From Fidelibacterota bacterium (GTDB lineage Bacteria; Fidelibacterota; Marinisomatia; Marinisomatales; UBA1611), in NCBI GenBank assembly GCA_012964275.1, contig DTUG01000136.1, forward strand, positions 1-42,048: a stretch of DNA of 42,048 nt. The letters are read 5' to 3'. The translations under genes were made by a program, and so were the position numbers. How positions within the stretch are numbered: position 1 is the stretch's first letter; each line of letters starts with the position of its first letter. The notes beneath the pieces are model-generated. The model did not search any database. It saw nothing but the letters and a program-made list of their open reading frames with translations, and was not told the DNA's origin. This document shows positions 27,520-34,850 of the stretch, in pieces.

Positions 27520-28314
27520 TTGGAAAAGCCTGATAATAAGAAACCATTGCTTGAACGAATGGGAGAGTCCCAGGTCTGGAAATCAATTATTCGATCCGGG
27601 GTTCCAAGAACAAGGCGTCAGCGCATGCATGCAATTCTTGGCAGTGTATTCTTGCACCTGCATCCAGCAAGGCTGCCAAAGCATGCGGTTAAAGTCGGTT
27701 ATACATGGTGTATGGGTGGGCTCTCGTTTTTTCTTTTTGTAAATCTGACAATCACTGGGATATTGCTCATGTTTTACTACCGACCGACAGTAGAATATGC
27801 ATTCACCGACATTATCGATCTTGCCGAACAGGTCCCTCTTGGTATAATGCGAGAACTACACCGCTGGACGGCGCATGCCATGGTTCTTATTGTATGGCTT
27901 CATATGGTAAGGGTTTTCATGACTGGGTCATATAAGCCGCCAAGAGAATTTAACTGGGGTGTGGGTGTGATTCTGATGACACTAACCCTGCTCCTATCAT
28001 TTACAGGATATTTGCTTCCCTGGGACCAGTTGGCCATTTGGGCTGTCACAGTTGGATCAAATATGGCTAGGGCAACACCTTTTCTTGGTCATGAGGGGCC
28101 TGGAGCGGCTCTTTTAGCAATTGGTGATATAAATTTGATTCATGTGGGCTCTGATGTGCGCTTCGCACTGCTTGGAGGAAGGTTCGTAGGAGAAGCAACA
28201 CTCCTACGTTTTTATGTGTTACACTGTATTGGAATTCCTTTTATTGCCATGATATTCATGGCAGTCCATTTTTGGCGCATTCGTAAAGATGGTGGAATAT
28301 CGGGGCCATTATAA
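27520..28314 (+). CDS. Cytochrome b6-type subunit (N-terminal four-helix half of cytochrome b)
   Basis: Heme-ligand pairs LHRWTAHAMVLIVWLH and LHCIGIPFIAMIFMAVH. CMGG matches the b6 heme-ci Cys context. Ends ...RKDGGISGPL like cytochrome b6. TTG start. Confidence 0.85.
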   Translation: MEKPDNKKPLLERMGESQVWKSIIRSGVPRTRRQRMHAILGSVFLHLHPARLPKHAVKVGYTWCMGGLSFFLFVNLTITGILLMFYYRPTVEYAFTDIIDLAEQVPLGIMRELHRWTAHAMVLIVWLHMVRVFMTGSYKPPREFNWGVGVILMTLTLLLSFTGYLLPWDQLAIWAVTVGSNMARATPFLGHEGPGAALLAIGDINLIHVGSDVRFALLGGRFVGEATLLRFYVLHCIGIPFIAMIFMAVHFWRIRKDGGISGPL

Positions 28315-28329
28315 AACTTAGAAATTTTT

Positions 28330-29451
28330 ATGAGTTTAGCTGCACTTAAATCTGTAATTGATGCCATTTCTGCGCCAACTATCAGTTTTACAATATTAAC
28401 TGTGGCCTTCCCATTTTTCTTCCCACCAACAGACTGGTTTGAAAAAATCCATCGTAAACTGGGATTTTGGCGTTTATGGACAAAAAAGGGCGGCATAATT
28501 GGATTATTGCTGATTACAGCCTTTTTCGTATTAGGCTATTTTGATAAAAACTTCAATATCACACTAACAAAACCGGACAATTTCCCAATTGTTCTCTTGA
28601 TATACTCCATGTTTTTTTATATCTGGCTTGGAATGTATAAAGCCTATCAGAATGATGAACGATTGGATGCAGGATTAAAACCTAATGAATATAATGACCC
28701 TGATGACAAAGTCCTGGTTTGGCCAGATCTGGTCTATATCGAGTTCATAGCGCTTATCCTATTTCAAGTATTTCTTATCGTTTGGTCCATACTGGTGGCT
28801 GCACCAATAGAAGAACCGGCAAACCCAGCCGCAACGCCAAATCCATCTAAAGCTCCCTGGTATTTCCTGGGTCTGCAGGAAATGCTTGTCTATTTTGATC
28901 CATGGTTGGCGGGTGTCGTTTTTCCAACAATGATCATATTAGGACTAATGGCTATCCCTTATATGGATATTAATAAAAAGGGTGATGGTTACTATACATT
29001 TAAAGAAAGGCGAGTTGGCATTTTCATTTTTATGTACGGTTGGATCGTTCTATGGCTGTTTCTCATAGTTATCGGTACATTTTTCAGAGGACCTAATTGG
29101 AACTTTTTCGGACCTTTTGAATATTGGGATACACATAAGGTCGTAGCCCTAAATAATGTGAATTTATCCGAATTATTTTGGGTTAAGTTATTAGCAAAAG
29201 GACTACCCAGTAATATCCTAATAAGAGAATCTTTAGGTTTTATAGCGGTGTTTGTTTATTTGTTTGTTTTACCAGTAATTCTTATTAAAACAAAACTAAA
29301 AGGCACGTACGAAACTTATGGTCCAACAAGATTTGTAAGCCTAATGATATTTGGTCTGGGGATGCTTGCACTGCCAATTAAAATGTACCTGCGATGGGCA
29401 ATTAATCTGAAATATATTGTTGCAATCCCTGAATGGTTTTTCAATATCTAG
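28330..29451 (+). CDS. Extended subunit-IV-like protein (C-terminal half of cytochrome b) with extra TM helices
   Basis: VWPDLVYIEF ... NPSKAPWYFLGLQEMLVYF aligns with the subunit IV / cyt b PEWY region. At 373 aa it is far longer than the ~160-aa PetD. Confidence 0.75.
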   Translation: MSLAALKSVIDAISAPTISFTILTVAFPFFFPPTDWFEKIHRKLGFWRLWTKKGGIIGLLLITAFFVLGYFDKNFNITLTKPDNFPIVLLIYSMFFYIWLGMYKAYQNDERLDAGLKPNEYNDPDDKVLVWPDLVYIEFIALILFQVFLIVWSILVAAPIEEPANPAATPNPSKAPWYFLGLQEMLVYFDPWLAGVVFPTMIILGLMAIPYMDINKKGDGYYTFKERRVGIFIFMYGWIVLWLFLIVIGTFFRGPNWNFFGPFEYWDTHKVVALNNVNLSELFWVKLLAKGLPSNILIRESLGFIAVFVYLFVLPVILIKTKLKGTYETYGPTRFVSLMIFGLGMLALPIKMYLRWAINLKYIVAIPEWFFNI

Positions 29452-29472
29452 TTTAATTTTCAAGAAACGTAA

Positions 29473-32442
29473 ATGTTTAAAAACGACGAAAGATATTGGG
29501 ATATAAACCAACTAAATAAGTGGTTCGGGATTTCATCTCTGATATTTCTTATTTCTATGGTTTGGGTGTTTATTGATGACAATGATGATGAATTTAAAAT
29601 CTACCAGAAAGAGTTCAGAAAACTGCAGATCGAAATAACCCAAAAAAACCTGGATAAAGAATTAGGCGCTGTAAAAGATAGTAGGGAAAAATTCGAAGAA
29701 AGGCTTGTTGCTACGCAAGAGATTTACAGTTCACATGCTAATGAAGTTGCATCAATCGAAAAAGCGCTAAGCGACCTTCAAGGAAAATTTTATAAAGCAA
29801 ATATGAATTATCAGGGACAAAAAGCAAAAGTAGATGAAATTAAGTTTCTGGTCGAAAGCGAAAATGTTCATGAAAACTCCCACGAAAAGAGTCACCGGGA
29901 CAACTATAATAAAGCACTGGTAAAACTAGACGGATTAAAACTAACAAAAGAAAATTATGAAATAGAAATCAAAGATAATGAAGAAAAATTAAAAGGCTTG
30001 AATAATGAACTAAAAAAAAGCCAGGAAGAACTAGATTTTATACTCCGTGATGTTACCATAGCTGATGGCAAGTTAATATCATTAGATAGGTCGAGAATGA
30101 GTTTTCTAAATAGAATCGGTGATATTGTCAGGGACTTACCAATTCTTGATTTTATGGACCCATACTACAAGGTCAATCAAATCGTCGTAAAGGATGTACA
30201 TTATGATGTGAACTTTACTACCATGCCGGTAGTAGACCGCTGTACAAGCTGCCATCTTGAAATTAGCAATCCTGATAATATTGATGCAGAACAGCCCTTT
30301 ACCACACACCCAGATCTGGATCTTTATCTCACAAGTTCTTCGCCGCATCCATTAGAGTCTTTTGGCTGTACATCGTGCCATGCAGGACGAAGCCGGGGTA
30401 CATCCTTTGTATCTTCCGCACACACACCAAACTCAACAGAGCAAAAACACGATTGGGAAGAAAAACACGATTGGGAAAAAATTCACCACTGGATGCAACC
30501 AATGTTCCCAAAAAGATATACACAGGCAAGCTGTTTCAAATGCCATATGAATACTAGTGATCTGGCTGGTGCAGAAAAATTAAACTTGGGGCTTACATTG
30601 GTGGATAAAGCAGGCTGCAATAGTTGCCATGTTGCTGGTAATTGGCGTTCTTCAGGCAAAACGGGTCCTGATCTCAGGAAAATTAATGAAAAGTTGAAAC
30701 CCGACTGGGTTGCCAAATGGATCAAGAACCCGCGAAGTTTTCGCTATAATACACGTATGCCAAGCATATTTGAGCAAGACAACCAAACAACAGAAAAAAT
30801 AGCCAAACGCAATATTAATGAAATTGCTTCTATAACTCACTATCTCTTCAACAATAAGCACCTTGATAATGGAAAAACAATCAATAAGTATCTGGGCAAT
30901 CCACAAAATGGTGAAAAAATATTTCAAACTGTCGGCTGCATGGGATGCCATATCAGCGAAACCGATGCATCGCTTGCTCCATCACCAACAACATTTTCTA
31001 ATTTGACCAAACTACAAGGGCCGAACCTGGTTGGAATGGGATCGAAGGTATCCGCTGAATGGCTCTATAATTGGCTTAAGAATCCACATGATTATATGGC
31101 TTCTACCCGCATGCCAAACTTGCGGCTTAGTGATCAAGAAGCTAAAGATCTTACTGCTTTCCTGCTGGATAGCAGGATTTATGAATTTGATAAATTAGAA
31201 ACACTAGAGTTGGATACGATTGTCTTAAATGAACTAACTGTGGATTGGCTACGAAAAATGAATCCAGAGAAATTCGCTGTTGCAAAAGCATCAAAAATGT
31301 CAACAAAAGAAAAATTAGCCTTTGTTGGAGAAAAAAGTATTCGACATTATGGCTGTTTTGGTTGCCACAACATTGATGGATTCATGGATGCCAAACCTAT
31401 TGGAACTGAAATTACTTATCAAGGCTCCAAAACTTTAGATAAGTTGGACTTTGGTTTGTTGCATGACATAGAACATACAAATTTCGCTTGGATCGAAAAC
31501 AAGTTGCGTACCCCGCGAATATATGATAGAGGTAAGGAAAGTGATCCACTTGATCTCTTAAAGATGCCTAACTTTTATTTCACTGAAGATGAAATTGAAG
31601 CTATCACAACAGCTATTTTAGCATTTAATACAGATGGGGTCGGCAAAGATCTTCTAGCACATGAAAACCTACCCAAATATAACAAAGATGGTCATCGACT
31701 AGTGAAAAAGTACAATTGTCAGGGGTGTCATCTAATAGAGAATCGCGGCGGACAGTTAGTGGAACAAATTGGGCCTGCTGAATATGGTCCCCCAAACCTA
31801 AATACAGAAGGAAAAAAAGCGAACCCTAACTGGCTTCTTAGCTTTTTCAATAAACCAATAACCATTCGCCCCAACATTCAGGTTAGAATGCCAAGCTTTC
31901 ACCAAATCAACGATAAGGAGTGGGATACTATCATTAAATATTTTCAAGGTATTGATGATGAAAATATCGGTTACAGAGCTGATTATATTGTAAACGAAAA
32001 AAGTACTGAATTTCATGCTGGGGAAAAACTCCATGAATTAGGAGCTTGTAATAACTGCCACTTCTACGGGACAGAATTTCCAATACAAACCGCATCAACA
32101 TGGGCAGCAAACTTAGCCATGACAAAGGTGCGCCTTAATCCAGATTGGGTAGTAGAATGGCTAAGGGAACCTCAGGATATTATGCCCGGCACCAAAATGC
32201 CGGCACCCTACATACCCACTTCAGATATTCTGGATGTGGATGATGCAGAAGCTACCTGGGGCAACAATCTTGTAAAATTGAGCGGTAATCAGGATGCTAT
32301 GCTGGAAGGATTGCGGGATTATTTGTGGACCATTGATGGGAAAATAGATATCTCTCAGGAGGTGAAGGATTATTTCGAAGAGAACGGATATGATTTTTCC
32401 GATGCAGACGATGAAGATGAATGGGATGAGGAAGATTGGTAA
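29473..32442 (+). CDS. Membrane-anchored octaheme c-type cytochrome with N-terminal coiled coil and acidic C-terminal tail
   Basis: Eight CxxCH motifs: CTSCH x2, CFKCH, CNSCH, CMGCH, CFGCH, CQGCH, CNNCH. The last five are each followed by (R/K)MP, as in class-I cytochrome c. N-terminal TM (WFGISSLIFLISMVWVFI) plus ~170 aa of K/E-rich heptad-like sequence. Ends DADDEDEWDEEDW. Confidence 0.85.
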   Translation: MFKNDERYWDINQLNKWFGISSLIFLISMVWVFIDDNDDEFKIYQKEFRKLQIEITQKNLDKELGAVKDSREKFEERLVATQEIYSSHANEVASIEKALSDLQGKFYKANMNYQGQKAKVDEIKFLVESENVHENSHEKSHRDNYNKALVKLDGLKLTKENYEIEIKDNEEKLKGLNNELKKSQEELDFILRDVTIADGKLISLDRSRMSFLNRIGDIVRDLPILDFMDPYYKVNQIVVKDVHYDVNFTTMPVVDRCTSCHLEISNPDNIDAEQPFTTHPDLDLYLTSSSPHPLESFGCTSCHAGRSRGTSFVSSAHTPNSTEQKHDWEEKHDWEKIHHWMQPMFPKRYTQASCFKCHMNTSDLAGAEKLNLGLTLVDKAGCNSCHVAGNWRSSGKTGPDLRKINEKLKPDWVAKWIKNPRSFRYNTRMPSIFEQDNQTTEKIAKRNINEIASITHYLFNNKHLDNGKTINKYLGNPQNGEKIFQTVGCMGCHISETDASLAPSPTTFSNLTKLQGPNLVGMGSKVSAEWLYNWLKNPHDYMASTRMPNLRLSDQEAKDLTAFLLDSRIYEFDKLETLELDTIVLNELTVDWLRKMNPEKFAVAKASKMSTKEKLAFVGEKSIRHYGCFGCHNIDGFMDAKPIGTEITYQGSKTLDKLDFGLLHDIEHTNFAWIENKLRTPRIYDRGKESDPLDLLKMPNFYFTEDEIEAITTAILAFNTDGVGKDLLAHENLPKYNKDGHRLVKKYNCQGCHLIENRGGQLVEQIGPAEYGPPNLNTEGKKANPNWLLSFFNKPITIRPNIQVRMPSFHQINDKEWDTIIKYFQGIDDENIGYRADYIVNEKSTEFHAGEKLHELGACNNCHFYGTEFPIQTASTWAANLAMTKVRLNPDWVVEWLREPQDIMPGTKMPAPYIPTSDILDVDDAEATWGNNLVKLSGNQDAMLEGLRDYLWTIDGKIDISQEVKDYFEENGYDFSDADDEDEWDEEDW
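30445..30480 (+). repeat. In-frame 18-nt tandem duplication (KHDWEE/KHDWEK) inside the octaheme cytochrome gene
   Basis: aaacacgattgggaagaa followed by aaacacgattgggaaaaa; 17/18 identical. Confidence 0.8.
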
Positions 32443-32471
32443 AAGCACCTGCATATTTATTTATAAAAAAA

Positions 32472-32498
32472 GCCCCTACAATTGTAGGGGCTTTTTTT
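32472..32498. terminator. Rho-independent (bidirectional) terminator after the Rieske/cyt b operon
   Basis: Stem GCCCCTAC, loop aatt, stem GTAGGGGC, followed by T7 and preceded by A7. Lies 30 nt after the stop at 32442. Confidence 0.85.
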
Positions 32499-32507
32499 GG
32501 AACAGAG

Positions 32508-32613
32508 TCATTCAGAGCAAAGCAAAGAATCTACATTGAATTAGACCGAATCATTATTTCAGTTACCCGAGAAGATTCTTCACTCCCCGATTTCAGCGGT
32601 TCGTTCTGAATGA
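32508..32613. repeat. Nested imperfect inverted-repeat element (~106 bp) between convergent genes
   Basis: TCATTCAGA (32508-32516) pairs with TCTGAATGA (32605-32613). AAGAATCT (32525-32532) pairs with AGATTCTT (32573-32580). Starts 3 nt past the stop of the minus-strand gene. Confidence 0.5.
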
Positions 32614-32615
32614 TT

Positions 32616-33476
32616 TTATAATTTCATCAAAACTTCTATAGCATTTTTTACGTCACCGGCTCTCCAGACATCTCCCGGCCAAGAGCCAACCACTTCCCGG
32701 TTTGGTCCAATTAAAACGGAGCGAAGTGTATGGCCAATCTTCCCTTCCTCAATGCCCCAAAAGTCACACCCTGATTGTTTCGCCAATCGGTAAACATCTT
32801 CAATGTGATTTGTACTGGACCACACCGTCCAATTGTCATAGCCTGAAATCGCCGGACCATAAAAGTCCTTTAATATTCCAGGACTGTCATAAAGATAATC
32901 AAAACTGACCACAATGAACTCAACTTCATCGCTAGATTGAAATGCCTTTGCAAGTACCTCGTTTTTTATGACTACTGCTGGACACATAGTGGGCATCGGA
33001 CAGCGAGTAAAAATGAAAGATAAAAACCGGTATTTCCCATCGGAGTCAGACAATCGTACCAATGAACTGTCCAGATTTAATAAAGTCACATCATCAATGG
33101 TCTCGCCGATCTTTCTTTCAGCATATTCTCCATCTTTAAAAAAACCATTCTCAGTCTCAGGAAGTTGCCCCTTACCAATAACCCTGAAATTCTTTGCATA
33201 AGTAACTGTATCCGCCCAGATAAATTCAAAGTGGATGCTGTCGCCGATAGAAAGTCCATCGAAATCTTTCAAGTCTTTTAAGTTAAAAGGCATGACCATG
33301 GGCATCATTAGGTCAGGAATTGTATCATGGTCCACCACTACAATTTTTTCACCTGGTTTCAAATCGACAATAACCCCTTTTACGGGGTATGTCTTTACCG
33401 GATCAGAACAATGAATTCCAAATAAGGTAATCGCAAGGAATGACAGAAATCTTATTTGAATCATGTTCAAGCACAA
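32616..33476 (-). CDS. Fusion of a CusF-like Cu(I)-binding domain and a SCO1/SenC thioredoxin-fold copper chaperone
   Basis: N-terminal signal peptide. VKGVIVDLKPGEKIVVVDHDTIPDLMMPMVMPF is a CusF-type H...M.M motif. FIFTRCPMPTMCP is the SCO CxxxC motif, followed by ...GHTLRSVLIG. The start may be the internal ATG at 33464. Confidence 0.7.
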   Translation of the reverse strand: MCLNMIQIRFLSFLAITLFGIHCSDPVKTYPVKGVIVDLKPGEKIVVVDHDTIPDLMMPMVMPFNLKDLKDFDGLSIGDSIHFEFIWADTVTYAKNFRVIGKGQLPETENGFFKDGEYAERKIGETIDDVTLLNLDSSLVRLSDSDGKYRFLSFIFTRCPMPTMCPAVVIKNEVLAKAFQSSDEVEFIVVSFDYLYDSPGILKDFYGPAISGYDNWTVWSSTNHIEDVYRLAKQSGCDFWGIEEGKIGHTLRSVLIGPNREVVGSWPGDVWRAGDVKNAIEVLMKL

Positions 33477-33525
33477 TAAAAAAGGTGGGGCATCATCCGC
33501 CTTTTAAAATAAGACTGCTTTGGTA

Positions 33526-34233
33526 TTATTTTTTTTTAGGACGTGTAAAGGTAAAATCTTTAGTTACAGCTTCATCACCTACATTAACAGTGGTTGTCAG
33601 TTGATTTTTTTTAAATTTCTCCTGCCAGCAAACCATTTCATAGGTCCCAGCTGGTATATTTTCGATTAAATAATTACCATTTGTATCTGTGACAGCGAAG
33701 TAAGGGTGATCTAAAACTAAGGCCCAACTTTTCATCCATGGATGTACGTCACATTTGATGTAAAATGGATCTTCTGGTTTTTCAAATGTTGATTTTCTCT
33801 CTTTCACAACTTTTGGCATTGCAAAATTAAACTCCTTATTTATCTTCGGCATGGCGTGGATATTGTGCAGAGTTAGATCGCTATTTTTTATTAATAGTTC
33901 CTGACCAGCCTGCATGCCGAAAACGTGGGGAATGTAAATGCATCCTTTTTGGTCAATAACAGCAGGTTCTTCAGAGATTCCGCCAGAATACTCAACATTT
34001 CTGAGCCATATCAAACATTCTGCCAAATCCCCAGCATCATTGACTTTGAAACTTTCAGTATATACCGGTCCGGAGTGAGCAGAACCACAGACAGGATCGG
34101 CATCCATTCTTAATGTTTTTTTCTTAGGCGGCTTACCATCAAACTTTACATGGCCTTTTAACGAACCGGCATGTAAATAAATAGATATTGTCGAAAATAA
34201 CAGTACCGTTGCAAGAAACCTGATTAGATTCAT
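33526..34233 (-). CDS. Secreted cupredoxin-like (type-1 copper) protein with C-terminal CarboxypepD_reg-like beta-sandwich
   Basis: Signal peptide. IKNSDLTLHNIHAMP and CDVHPWM (C-x2-H-x2-M) resemble a His/Cys/His/Met blue-copper ligand set. TDTNGNYLIENIPAGTYEM is CarboxypepD_reg-like. Lys-rich (PPKKKT, RPKKK). Confidence 0.55.
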   Translation of the reverse strand: MNLIRFLATVLLFSTISIYLHAGSLKGHVKFDGKPPKKKTLRMDADPVCGSAHSGPVYTESFKVNDAGDLAECLIWLRNVEYSGGISEEPAVIDQKGCIYIPHVFGMQAGQELLIKNSDLTLHNIHAMPKINKEFNFAMPKVVKERKSTFEKPEDPFYIKCDVHPWMKSWALVLDHPYFAVTDTNGNYLIENIPAGTYEMVCWQEKFKKNQLTTTVNVGDEAVTKDFTFTRPKKK

Positions 34234-34319
34234 TTTATTCCTTCCATTTAGGTTTCGAATTTAAATTTTTATCTGGTTCCCTTCAAAGGTATTAGACCAA
34301 TCAATTTATCAAAAGTTAG

Positions 34320-34337
34320 AAAACCACTAGTGGTTTT
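34320..34337. promoter_or_regulatory. Perfect 18-bp palindrome, candidate operator in a divergent promoter region
   Basis: AAAACCACTAGTGGTTTT reads identically on both strands. Lies between the cupredoxin gene (-) and the membrane-protein/ferredoxin/cox genes (+). Confidence 0.5.
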
Positions 34338-34848
34338 TGGTCTTAATTTTCATCAACAAACAAGGTTGCAAATGTGGTTATTCATGATCATTTGTTATAT
34401 CATGATGGCCAGTAATTTTCTCAACATTTTACTGACCGGATTGATGGGGTATTTTAAATTTACTGTTTGGGGTGCAACCCATGCCCGGTTCGCAATTTTT
34501 ACTATCCTAGTATTTATTCTAACAGAAACTTTAGTGATGTTCTTTTTTATAGCTACTGGAAAAAGTATAAAACAGATGATACAGGACGGCCGCGGGGATA
34601 CCAAACATTGGCAGCGAGTTAAAAAGGTCAAGAAATGGGTTTTTCCGCAGATCATTCTTACAATAATACTGGTTGGAGCTGTATTTATCCATGGTGGAGT
34701 TGTTGACAACAACCTAGCCCTTTCCTGGCTTCACGGTCCCTTATTTCTACTTGCATTTTTCCAGCACATGTGGTCTCTAGTTATAAAGAACCGCTCATTC
34801 AGAGAACAAGTCAATATAGCCGCAGAAATATCTAAAGAATTGGAATAG
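34330..34848 (+). CDS. Hypothetical 4-TM membrane protein with His residues in or near TM segments
   Basis: 172-aa track ORF with a GTG start inside the palindrome. The ATG at 34372 (MWLFMIICY...) is a more likely start. No family recognised. Confidence 0.5.
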   Translation: MVFGLNFHQQTRLQMWLFMIICYIMMASNFLNILLTGLMGYFKFTVWGATHARFAIFTILVFILTETLVMFFFIATGKSIKQMIQDGRGDTKHWQRVKKVKKWVFPQIILTIILVGAVFIHGGVVDNNLALSWLHGPLFLLAFFQHMWSLVIKNRSFREQVNIAAEISKELE

Positions 34849-34850
34849 CT

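Noticed and set aside
29473-32442. Interpretation of the octaheme protein as an Alternative Complex III (ActA/ActE) component or a nitrite/hydroxylamine-type octaheme enzyme
   Set aside because: No ActB/ActC-type (molybdopterin-like / NrfD-like) genes are present. The gene is the terminal member of a Rieske/cyt b operon, and five of its hemes sit in class-I Met-ligated modules rather than a catalytic multiheme core.
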